Of a stretch of DNA of 32,000 nt, positions 18,867 through 27,189 are shown one piece after another (positions within the stretch are counted from its first letter, which is position 1; each line of letters starts with the position of its first letter). This DNA is from an uncultured Moellerella sp. (GTDB lineage: Bacteria; Pseudomonadota; Gammaproteobacteria; Enterobacterales; Enterobacteriaceae), in assembly GCA_963519845.1 (NCBI GenBank), contig CAUQNX010000019.1:22025-54024 (forward strand), given 5' to 3'. The notes under the pieces were generated by a model that worked only from the letters and a program-made list of their open reading frames with translations, did not search any database and was not told where the DNA came from. The position numbers and the translations under genes are program-made.

Positions 18867-19871
18867 ATGTCTACACTCAACTCTTTGCGGGTCGCAACCG
18901 TCCAATTCCAGCATAAACCTAGTGATAAAGCCTATAATTTACAGGTTATTCATCAGTTTATTGATAAAGCAGTAGAACAAAACGTTAAAATATTAGTCTT
19001 TCCTGAAATGTGTATTACAGGATATTGGCACGTACCTAAACTGCCGACAGAAGCTGTTTATGCGTTAAGTGAAAATATTGATGATAGCCCATCACTATCA
19101 TCAATCAAACAGAGAGCCAAGCAGCATAATATGATCATCGGTGTTGGTTTGATTGAACGCACCGCCGAAAATAAACTGTATAATACTTGGGTCGCCTGTA
19201 TGCCAGATGGTAGCTATCACGCTCACCGTAAATTACATGCATTTGAACATCCAGCAATTAGCAGTGGCGATCATTACACTCTATTCCCTACGCCTTGGGG
19301 GGTTACGCTAGGAATATTAATCTGCTGGGATAATAATTTAGTCGAAAATGTTCGCGCCAACGCCCTTGCTGGGGCTGATATTATTCTAGCGCCTCATCAA
19401 ACCGGTGGGACTCTCTCTCGCAGTCCTTTTGGTATGAAACCTATTCCCATGTCTTTGTGGGAAAATCGCCAACAAGATCCCACGGCGCTGCAACAAGCCT
19501 TTGCGGGAGAGCATGGTCGCGGCTGGCTTATGCGCTGGTTACCCGCCCGAGCCCATGATAATGGCCTTTTTGTCTTATTCAGTAATGGTGTGGGTCGCGA
19601 TGACGATGAAATTCGCACCGGAAATGCCATGACTATAGATCCCTATGGGCGGATCATTGACGAAAGTGATGCAATTGGCGATGATATTGTGATATCAGAT
19701 TTAGATTTATCACTATTAGAGATGTCGACGGGTCGACGCTGGATTTCAGGCCGTAGACCGGAACTCTATACCAGTCTTACCGAACGCCAAGGTTATGAGC
19801 AAGATGCAATAAGCGTTCGCTTCTCCGAACAACCGATTTCAATTAATCAACGGAGTAAAGCCAACCAATAA
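18867..19871 (+). CDS. Carbon-nitrogen hydrolase (nitrilase superfamily) protein
   Basis: 334 aa with the Glu-Lys-Cys triad contexts ..ILVFPEM.., ..HRKLH.. and ..GILICWDN.. typical of CN hydrolases. A GGGAGA RBS lies upstream. Confidence 0.8.
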   Translation: MSTLNSLRVATVQFQHKPSDKAYNLQVIHQFIDKAVEQNVKILVFPEMCITGYWHVPKLPTEAVYALSENIDDSPSLSSIKQRAKQHNMIIGVGLIERTAENKLYNTWVACMPDGSYHAHRKLHAFEHPAISSGDHYTLFPTPWGVTLGILICWDNNLVENVRANALAGADIILAPHQTGGTLSRSPFGMKPIPMSLWENRQQDPTALQQAFAGEHGRGWLMRWLPARAHDNGLFVLFSNGVGRDDDEIRTGNAMTIDPYGRIIDESDAIGDDIVISDLDLSLLEMSTGRRWISGRRPELYTSLTERQGYEQDAISVRFSEQPISINQRSKANQ

Positions 19872-19905
19872 AGCTGAGTGATTAACATCATGTTAAGGGC
19901 TTAAT

Positions 19906-20787
19906 GTGGATATTCGATTACTTCGCGCATTTATTACGTTATCAGAAACCGAAAACTTTCGTGAGGCGGCCGAAAAGCTGTACATCACACAGCCCGCATT
20001 GACTAAACAAATAAAATCACTTGAACAACAACTTAATGTTCAACTCTTTACTCGTAACCAAAAAGGCGCATTACTGTCACCATCCGGTGATGCGCTATTG
20101 ATTCGAGTAAAATCTATTATTGAACAGCATCAATTGCTTATGATGGAAGCCGCGGCCCTCAATCCTCAACAGTTGCTATCACTCAATATTGGTTTTGGTA
20201 TTTCAGCGTTTTCGGATGCATCTCAGCTTGTCACTCTTTTTCAGCAACAACATCCATCTATTGATATTTCCCTTGAAGATATGCCATCGAGCTTGATGAC
20301 CCAACAATTACTGGCTGGCACATTGCAACTTGCTTTTATGCGCATTCCTCAAACAAGCTCACTGACGCATCTCGTTATTAAACAAGAAACTCTGGCTATC
20401 GCTATCAGTGCATCTCGCTATCCTGAGGATTCTTCTCTTATTGAATTAATAGCAACTCAACCGCTATTGATGCTCAGAGATGAAAGAGGCCTTGGATTAA
20501 ATACGATTATTCGTCAATTTTTAGACTTCAATCAGATAGCTAATCACTCTAGTCATCCATCAAATGATATACAGACATTGATCGCCAAAGTAAGCGCAGG
20601 CGCGGGAATCGCTCTTGTACCTGCCAGTACTCGTTTTATTACCAACGATAATGTGAAAATCCTACCGTTAGAGGGTCAGTACAGCCAATGGCCAGTCGGA
20701 TTGGTTTGGAATGGAGAGGTTGCACATAAAGCCACCGAGATGTTTATAAAATTGGCTAAACAATTTTATAATTTAGAGCATCTTTAA
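19906..20787 (+). CDS. LysR-family transcriptional regulator
   Basis: 293 aa with a GTG start. The N-terminal wHTH MDIRLLRAFITLSETENFREAAEKLYITQPALTKQIKSLEQQLNVQLFTR is followed by a LysR substrate-binding-type C-terminal domain. Confidence 0.9.
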   Translation: MDIRLLRAFITLSETENFREAAEKLYITQPALTKQIKSLEQQLNVQLFTRNQKGALLSPSGDALLIRVKSIIEQHQLLMMEAAALNPQQLLSLNIGFGISAFSDASQLVTLFQQQHPSIDISLEDMPSSLMTQQLLAGTLQLAFMRIPQTSSLTHLVIKQETLAIAISASRYPEDSSLIELIATQPLLMLRDERGLGLNTIIRQFLDFNQIANHSSHPSNDIQTLIAKVSAGAGIALVPASTRFITNDNVKILPLEGQYSQWPVGLVWNGEVAHKATEMFIKLAKQFYNLEHL

Positions 20788-20821
20788 AATTGTTCTGTAA
20801 AATTAAAAGCGTCGATAGAAA

Positions 20822-21282
20822 CGGTCATCCGCCGCCACTCCCCGTCAAACGGGGAACAAATGTTGATATTAAAGCCCCCAAACATCATCACTGGTACATA
20901 CCCGTCAATACGGGGAACAAACTTTACAGCCTATATTATAATTATAAAATATCGGTTCATCCCTGTAACGACAGGGAACCACAAATGCGCTAGAGAATAA
21001 CCCTCATCCATTTAGGTCTATCCCCGTAATAACGAAGAATGGTCTTAATTAATCAATGGCACGCTCTCCAAGCACGGTATATCCCCGTGAACACGAGGAA
21101 TAATGCTAAAGATGACACATTTAAGACCAGTGATAACCTCTCCGTAGATACGAGGAACAGAATCAGCTCTAGTTCTATTTGAGCTAGCTCAGCGGTATAT
21201 CCCCGTTAACACGAGGAACTTTTTACTCTAAAGCCACGACACAGAGTGCCACTCGGTATATCCCTGTTAATACGGGGAAATG
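20822..21282 (-). CRISPR. Type I-E-like CRISPR array, 8 divergent repeats and 7 spacers, transcribed on the minus strand
   Basis: 29-nt repeats start at 21254, 21193, 21132, 21075, 21014, 20953, 20892 and 20831 (plus coordinates), with spacings of 61, 61, 57, 61, 61, 61 and 61. The best copies read, on the minus strand, AAGTTCCTCGTGTTAACGGGGATATACCG, compared with the canonical I-E GTGTTCCCCGCGCCAGCGGGGATAAACCG. Spacers are 32 nt, except one of 28 nt (21104-21131). The distal repeat carries a ~9-nt insertion (GCCGCCACT) after CGGTCATCC (20822-20830). Confidence 0.9.
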
Positions 21283-21386
21283 ATAAGATAAACGACTTTC
21301 TTTTCTATAATTGCCATAAATTTTCTCACGCATTCATTCTGCACGGTATGGCATTGATATCCCTATCATGCCGCCAATCAGTTCAG
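21283..21386 (-). promoter_or_regulatory. Putative CRISPR leader
   Basis: A 104-nt AT-rich segment between the cas6e stop (21387) and the first, best-conserved repeat. This is the position of the leader in I-E loci, except that cas1-cas2 are missing. No promoter hexamers could be assigned confidently. Confidence 0.45.
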
Positions 21387-22073
21387 TTACAGACTTTTAA
21401 TTAGCATCAATCCACAGCCAAATGCTTTTGCTCGACCAAATCCTTGCGAGTATTGTGATAAAAATTTATTTGTATCAGTAACAGTTAAAATTCCTTGATA
21501 ATCAATAGTGGAAAATTGGATCAACTGGCCTGATTTTTTCTTGCTGCTATGTTGAGTATAACTCTCTACATCAGGGCGCACATCAAGATAAATCCCCCAT
21601 TGCTCCAATCGCCGTTGATTACATAACCAGTTACGCGCCGCCTCTTTAACTAACAGCTCTTTCTGTTCATCATCGAGCTGGGTCTGGCGTTGCTGATGTT
21701 TAGCATGCATTAAAACATCATGACGTCGCTGCTTACCTTTTGGGTCAGTAATACAGATCGTAGGATTGATCCGCACACTAAAAGCCAGTTTTTGCCCATC
21801 ATAAATTTTGGGTTGAAAACATTTAGATTCAATTTCCCAGCGATTAGAGATCCCATGAGATTGAGGCGCAGTTTCCGACAGCACATACAATAGAGGCGAT
21901 CCTGCAGCGCCGATCTCCTGCCTAAATAAAAACTGACGTCGCGGCTGATCGGTGAAAAGTTGCCAAAGATGTTGATGTACAGAGTAAATACTCTGCTGAA
22001 GTGGATTAAATTCACTATTGGATTCATTTACAGAATCATTGATTGAACGTAAAGTAACTCTAGATAAATACAT
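21387..22073 (-). CDS. cas6e: Cas6e (CasE) crRNA endoribonuclease
   Basis: 228 aa. MYLSRVTL.., ..YSVHQHLWQLF.. (catalytic His context; E. coli MYLSKV..YQLHQGLWHLF) and the C-terminal ..GFGRAKAFGCGLMLI.. (E. coli GIGPAKSMGCGLLSL). Confidence 0.92.
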   Translation of the reverse strand: MYLSRVTLRSINDSVNESNSEFNPLQQSIYSVHQHLWQLFTDQPRRQFLFRQEIGAAGSPLLYVLSETAPQSHGISNRWEIESKCFQPKIYDGQKLAFSVRINPTICITDPKGKQRRHDVLMHAKHQQRQTQLDDEQKELLVKEAARNWLCNQRRLEQWGIYLDVRPDVESYTQHSSKKKSGQLIQFSTIDYQGILTVTDTNKFLSQYSQGFGRAKAFGCGLMLIKSL

Positions 22074-22077
22074 GAAA

Positions 22078-22812
22078 TTAATCCTTCACGGAAAGTTGAT
22101 ATAGAGTGCGAGGTGCAAATTGCCAGCGCAAACGAGAGCGCGGCTCATCCCAAGGCACTGTGGTCAATATATGCCCTCCTATCACTTCAATATCACTCTT
22201 ATTCCCTTCCCAAAAATAGCTGACACTGCGCGATTGTCCCAGCCAATAATGATCAAATTCATCTGAATGAGTCATAGCCGGAAATGACGTATCGAGCGCT
22301 AATTTTAATGTCTTTGTCTCAACCAATTGAGGTAGCATAGGCAGTGCAAGCGGACATGCCTTGCGTCCTAAATAAGGTGCATAGGCAGGTTGGAGCAGCG
22401 CAGATTTTAGTTGCTGTAAATCCAGTGAATTTTGCTCTGTCAATGAGATAGCTATAACCCACAACCCATCCATGCGATAATCACGTGAAGACAAAATCGT
22501 ATTTAACTCACTTTCAGACAACTCACTTTTTCGCGTTAAATGCTCAACTTTCTTACTTGCTGATGGAACTTGCGTCGTATGATAGTCACGCATTAATGAA
22601 CCACCAATAACCTGTTTAACCGCGATGCGTATTCCCTGTTGAAGTTGCATCAAACGTGACTCCTCATCTCGTTTAATACCACAAGCTGCACCTAGCAAAC
22701 CTAAAATAGCCGAGCGTGTTGGATAACTGGATGTCGGCCGACTTTCACCCACGGCCGGTTGCCCCCAACTTGCCATAGGCCCATATAATCGAAAAACTAA
22801 ATATTGCGTCAT
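22078..22812 (-). CDS. cas5e: Cas5e (CasD) Cascade subunit
   Basis: 244 aa. MTQYLVFRLYGPMASWGQPAVGESRPTSSYPTRSAILGLLGAACGIKRDE parallels E. coli CasD MRSYLILRLAGPMQAWGQPTFEGTRPTGRFPTRSGLLGLLGACLGIQRDD. ..PYLGRKACPL.. is also present. Confidence 0.93.
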   Translation of the reverse strand: MTQYLVFRLYGPMASWGQPAVGESRPTSSYPTRSAILGLLGAACGIKRDEESRLMQLQQGIRIAVKQVIGGSLMRDYHTTQVPSASKKVEHLTRKSELSESELNTILSSRDYRMDGLWVIAISLTEQNSLDLQQLKSALLQPAYAPYLGRKACPLALPMLPQLVETKTLKLALDTSFPAMTHSDEFDHYWLGQSRSVSYFWEGNKSDIEVIGGHILTTVPWDEPRSRLRWQFAPRTLYQLSVKD

Positions 22813-22821
22813 TTGCTTTCC

Positions 22822-23859
22822 TTAGCGGCTAATAAAATCAGCTAATTTGGCAAAAGACCCTTCACCTGTCGTCGCATTAAAATGATAACGTTCCTTTGCA
22901 CATGGACCATAAACTTTATCAAAATTTTCCAGCTGTTTTTCTAATGCACATACGGCGGCACTCTCTATATCTTCATCCTCAATCGGCTTTAAAAAAGCCA
23001 CTGAAAGTGAACGTGGTTGATAATCGCCCTTCTCCGCTAACGCATAATTGGCATAAGCGCGAGAAGCAAAACTATTTTGTTTACCTGTCGGCGATATTTT
23101 CACTGCCGCTTCCGCTAAGGCTTGGATTGCTCGGTTTGCTAGGCTTTCATTGTTCCCTAGGTTTTCAATTAATAAGGTTTTATTTATGCAGATATAGCTA
23201 TAGAACAAAGCAGAGGCAAAACCAGACTCGCCAATATGGGCTGAGCCGCTATCCTCTTTTCCATTATTGAGATCATCAATAGCGGTAAAGTAGTCATCCT
23301 CGATCACCACGCTATGTACGCTAATGCTGTGAGCAACCTGACAAGCTGCTTCCACATTAAATCGCGGTGATGATGCCAGCATGCGACCAAACAGCGCGAT
23401 ATCAACGGCGGTCTCTTCATGGGTCAGCAACAACAATTCACTCGCCAATGGTTTACGCTGCTCAGCGGCTAAACGTTTAGCCAGCTCAAAAGTTGCAGCT
23501 CTTTCATTTTGGCTGATATGCACTAGTTGCTCAGTACAAAATGCATCCTTTTTACTGTTTTTACCAAAAACAGCGACAATCTCTTCAGTCCACTCTTTTG
23601 CCTGCTTCTCTTTGACGCCGTCGTCCAGTAATTGGCGATAAATTTCAATTCCTAGTCGCTTGGTGCGTATCCCCATATGACCATCTAAAGCAGATTGAAA
23701 TAGGTCTGATACCCGCCAGTGACGCTTTAGGCTTTGGGAACTAACTCGCAAACGCTCAAAGCCCCCCATTCTCGCGGTTTTTGGTCGCCCTAAATCATCA
23801 CGATTTAAATTAGCGGGTGGATAAGAGGTCAGCAGGTGCAGCTGAATAAACTGGCTCAT
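22822..23859 (-). CDS. cas7e: Cas7e (CasC) Cascade backbone subunit
   Basis: 345 aa. MSQFIQLHLLTSYPPANLNRDDLGRPKTARMGGFERLRVSSQSLKRHWR parallels E. coli CasC [49 protein letters not shown]. Confidence 0.93.
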   Translation of the reverse strand: MSQFIQLHLLTSYPPANLNRDDLGRPKTARMGGFERLRVSSQSLKRHWRVSDLFQSALDGHMGIRTKRLGIEIYRQLLDDGVKEKQAKEWTEEIVAVFGKNSKKDAFCTEQLVHISQNERAATFELAKRLAAEQRKPLASELLLLTHEETAVDIALFGRMLASSPRFNVEAACQVAHSISVHSVVIEDDYFTAIDDLNNGKEDSGSAHIGESGFASALFYSYICINKTLLIENLGNNESLANRAIQALAEAAVKISPTGKQNSFASRAYANYALAEKGDYQPRSLSVAFLKPIEDEDIESAAVCALEKQLENFDKVYGPCAKERYHFNATTGEGSFAKLADFISR

Positions 23860-23871
23860 AATTAATTCCCT

Positions 23872-24444
23872 TTATTTTTTAGAAATAGTCAGCGCGGTGG
23901 TTTGGTAATAATCCATCGCCCATTGAATACTAATGCGCTTTTCTGCTTGTCTTGGCTTATATTGGTAAAATTCTTGGCACCATCCCGTGATATCCTTGAC
24001 TAACGAGAGGACATTGACTTCATAATCAACCAATTGCAGAATACGGCGCAAGCGCTGGACAAATTCATCTGGTGTCTTAACCCGCTGTAATTGAGCGAAA
24101 CGCAATTGGCTCACAATGGGTTTATCCGCCTCTGCAATAGTGCCAGCAGCCGTCGCTAAACTCTCTTTGCCATTCACTTTCACGAAGGCCAATAAATTGG
24201 CAATCATCGCCCACTTGATCAACATCTGAGTATTAGCGAGCTGCTTCTCCTCATCAGGTAACATCATCCAAAGCGTACGGAACCCCTCGGTGAATATCAC
24301 GGCATCTAAGCTAGTACAACGCTTTAACTCCGCTTTATAAGTGGCGGGTGCGGGCATACTTTGGCTATTTTTCAATTCATCCGATGATAGATTTAGACTT
24401 TCCCACCAGCCTAATACGGCATTTTCAATTTGCTTATCCATCAA
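23872..24444 (-). CDS. cse2: Cse2/Cas11e (CasB) small Cascade subunit
   Basis: 190 aa, helical and basic. ..LRFAQLQRVKTPDEFVQRLRRILQL.. resembles the E. coli CasB ..IFQLIRADRTADMVQLRRLL.. region. It sits between cas8e and cas7e and overlaps cas8e by 11 nt. Confidence 0.8.
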   Translation of the reverse strand: MMDKQIENAVLGWWESLNLSSDELKNSQSMPAPATYKAELKRCTSLDAVIFTEGFRTLWMMLPDEEKQLANTQMLIKWAMIANLLAFVKVNGKESLATAAGTIAEADKPIVSQLRFAQLQRVKTPDEFVQRLRRILQLVDYEVNVLSLVKDITGWCQEFYQYKPRQAEKRISIQWAMDYYQTTALTISKK

Positions 24445-26065
24445 TCCCTACCTCAATCTGTGCCAATGAAATCTCATTCTTAGCCATAAATGTTTTAACC
24501 GCGTTATCATTCCATAACCATTTATTCAGTTGGATGCGGGATTTAATTTGATCGGCTAACTGCTTAGGCGCATCATCTTCTGAAAGTGCCTGCTCATCGA
24601 ATAGCTCGAAACAGGCATCCCATAATTGCCATAACCACTCCTTAGCCTGCTCAGAAGATAGACTTGACTCGGGAAAGGAACTGGCAATGATCTCTTGTAC
24701 GGCAGTAAAAAATGCTGGTTCAGTACGCTGATAAAAAGCTAAATCAATAAATGAAAAATCACCTTTAACATCCGCAGGCCGGCTAAACCAAGCTGATTTT
24801 ATATGATCGCGACACAACCTAAGAATCCGACTTGATAAGGTCTGTAGCTCTTTTATTCTGAGAATGATATTTTTCTTTAGCGCTTTATTAACCAAAAATA
24901 GAGGGAAAGAGGCCGAGTACCAGCAGCGCGCTTTCATATTATCCATATCATAACCAAAGGCCCAAATTTGCGGCGGGCTATCCATTTTCTCACCAATAAG
25001 CTCATGTAAAACTTGGCTATAAAACGCCACATTTAGCGCGGTTTTCTGCCCATACTCATCTTCGGAATAGACTAAATAGTCCCATATTTTATAACTCAGT
25101 CCGCCCGGTTGCCCTTTAATGGATAAATGTTCATCATGGGGTTTTTTCGCATCCCAGCGATAAGGCGTCAGTGGGTGATACCATTGACCTGAATAGTTCT
25201 CACCATAATTCTGAGTGCGATAGACTTTGACTGATTGGGCTGTTTCCTTACCCGATAGCTGACATATATCGGGTTGATTTTCGACCTCAAGTCGAATACG
25301 TCTAGGCATAGCCCAATACATAAAAAGTTTATTGACATCACGCGCATAGACTTCACTACCCGATTGCTGGCTCACCCGTGTTTGACCCAACCAAGGGAAA
25401 ACTTTAGGACTATATAAATCAGGTATTTCATTGCCTAAATAGTCGCGAGTCATCACATTGATCCACAACTTTTGCCAGAGGGATTGATCGGGTGAAGTGG
25501 GTTGCAAAATCGTTGTCAGCGGGCCGCCTCCACGTAAACCCACTCTATGCCCTACTCCACCAGCAGGTGCATTGATTTGCAGAGTAAAAAGAGCAATTGC
25601 TGCCATTTCTGGAGAGATTACCTCACTAATACTGCGCTTAATAAAATGGTCAGTATTTTGTTTAATGGTATTTCCACCAGGTGCTTCGATTAATAATCCA
25701 GATATTGGCGTATTTTTCACCCCTTCGAGTGGATCGAGATCCTGCATAAACAGTGGTCCTTCTCCCGTCAAATTAAATGCATGAGCAGCTTGATTAAAAG
25801 CCGTTTGCAGTTGAGTTTGAGAAGGTGGCGATTGATAAAAATTTAGCCACTGTGCTAGATCTTCAGGTGCAAAAACCGTTTGTAACAAACCAATATTAAA
25901 CTGGTAAGCAGCTCCTTGAAAATCCATACGAGGTAGCGCAAAATCAACAACATCAGGGTTTACAATTGCACTTAATGGCAATCTTTGCTCTGTTCCATCA
26001 CGTAACTGAAAATCTAGCCACGCATCTTTAACAAGATTCATTCTCCCTCCGTTTGGATTTTTCAT
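24434..26065 (-). CDS. cas8e: Cas8e (Cse1/CasA) large Cascade subunit
   Basis: 543 aa ORF. The internal MNLVKDAWLDF (ATG at 26041, preceded by GGAGGGAGA) matches the E. coli CasA start MNLLIDNWIPV, so 26041 is the likelier start. ..GHRVGLRGGGPLTTIL.. matches E. coli ..GFKSGLRGGTPVTTFV.. Confidence 0.9.
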   Translation of the reverse strand: MKNPNGGRMNLVKDAWLDFQLRDGTEQRLPLSAIVNPDVVDFALPRMDFQGAAYQFNIGLLQTVFAPEDLAQWLNFYQSPPSQTQLQTAFNQAAHAFNLTGEGPLFMQDLDPLEGVKNTPISGLLIEAPGGNTIKQNTDHFIKRSISEVISPEMAAIALFTLQINAPAGGVGHRVGLRGGGPLTTILQPTSPDQSLWQKLWINVMTRDYLGNEIPDLYSPKVFPWLGQTRVSQQSGSEVYARDVNKLFMYWAMPRRIRLEVENQPDICQLSGKETAQSVKVYRTQNYGENYSGQWYHPLTPYRWDAKKPHDEHLSIKGQPGGLSYKIWDYLVYSEDEYGQKTALNVAFYSQVLHELIGEKMDSPPQIWAFGYDMDNMKARCWYSASFPLFLVNKALKKNIILRIKELQTLSSRILRLCRDHIKSAWFSRPADVKGDFSFIDLAFYQRTEPAFFTAVQEIIASSFPESSLSSEQAKEWLWQLWDACFELFDEQALSEDDAPKQLADQIKSRIQLNKWLWNDNAVKTFMAKNEISLAQIEVGIDG

Positions 26066-27189
26066 AACATCTGTTATGGGGTCACAGCTACAATTTTATT
26101 CGAGCTCTTGAGGCCAAAAATGTCACGATTCCATTTGATAAAAACACGGATTCAAACAATATCAAGTGACCAGAAAAAACTCTGGTAAACAATCCGTTGT
26201 CTATGTGTTTTTTATCGTTGAATAGTTTTCGTGAAGGATTGAATTGACCTTCTCCCACCAAGTTCATCATCTTGGTGAATTATTCTAAAAAGCTAATATC
26301 AGACTTATTTATCTTTGCTGTAGCGCGTTCAAATATTGAAACTCTTTTAGTCTCAATTAATTGGATAAAACCTGTCGTCCTGACACTGCCAACTTCCTGC
26401 TGCACAGTCGGTTTGATCAATAAATCGATCTTTTTGATGTATTCCTACTTTCAGAAAAATCCTGATACACATCATTTTTATAAACAGATTTAATTAATAC
26501 CCGCTCACTAACAACCACATCCATTTCTACGACTCGATGTGATATTTGCAACCCTAATCCAAAACGATCAGGTGAACGATAAACAAGCTGTTCTTCCCAT
26601 TGCGGGGTATGTAGATAAAATATCGAAGCTAATTGTTAATTTTTATAAACTCATTAATTTTATTCATTTATACCACTAAGTTAATTTTGCCCTTAATATC
26701 CACTCAGCGAGCCCCAATGAGGCTTGATATATAAATGTGTATAAATTATAACCTAAAGAATAAATAGAATATCTTATAGTCTATATTTGAATAGGTGATA
26801 TTACTCAACCCTGAATATTTTAGTTAAATCATCTTAAAATTCCTAGATGATTTTATTGATAAATAATTTTCCCCGTTATCTTTTTTCTGGTATTGAAGCT
26901 AGATACATTTGAATAATTCACATATGCAAACCATTTATTTCTTTATATTCAATATGATACAGATAAATAACACTATTCTATCATCATAAAAACGTACAAT
27001 TAATAACCTAAGTGCTTTAATTTTAACCTTCCAGTAAAACATCACATTCAGACTAATCCCATCAATAGAGCCTGCCCCATAAAAATTTATGCCCTTCCTG
27101 CCGTTATATATCTAAGAACTTTAATTTAATAAGTAACCAATCTACTTAGGTAGGAATGACTCCCTTTATGACTTTGCTAGGATGCAGCT

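Noticed and set aside
20790-20993. 67-aa plus-strand ORF (TTG start) from the ORF track
   Set aside because: It lies entirely inside the CRISPR array, and its codons are simply repeats and spacers read through. It is not a gene.
21344-21368. CGGTAT..ATATCCCT fragment in the leader that resembles the 5' part of the plus-strand repeat interrupted by GGCATTG
   Set aside because: It is not in 61-nt phase with the array (90 nt from the first repeat) and lacks the second half of the hairpin. It could be a scar of the cas1-cas2 loss, but this cannot be shown from one sequence.
21710-25784. Internal or antisense ORFs within the cas genes (21710-22027, 22896-23270, 23381-23641, 24348-24551, 25168-25356, 25497-25784)
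   Set aside because: Each overlaps a Cascade gene that has clear homology in another frame or on the other strand. None has recognisable motifs.
26088-26493. Small ORFs just upstream of cas8e (60 aa on the minus strand, 73 aa on the plus strand), considered as a possible miniature Cas3 remnant or accessory gene
   Set aside because: The minus-strand ORF is bounded by a stop three codons above its ATG. It has no HD or helicase motif and no convincing RBS. The plus-strand ORF is antisense to the protein-like fragment described in the findings. Neither could be tied to any family by eye.
26588-26616. Solitary repeat-like sequence on the plus strand (CTGTTCTTCCCATTGCGGGGTATGTAGAT), about 18/27 identical to the crRNA-sense form of the array repeat at 20892. 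Considered as a possible degenerate mini-array or Cas-regulating RNA
   Set aside because: Its stem is reduced to about 3 bp. The candidate partner repeat 59 nt away (26647-26675) shares only the TATACC tail and has no hairpin. I picked the best match among eight divergent repeats, so chance similarity is plausible. It is worth a formal covariance/alignment check but is not supportable by eye.
26868-26880. CCCCGTTA 8-mer identical to the repeat stem-loop start
   Set aside because: The flanks do not match the repeat and there is no complementary ACGGGG/ACGAGG arm. It is a chance 8-mer.
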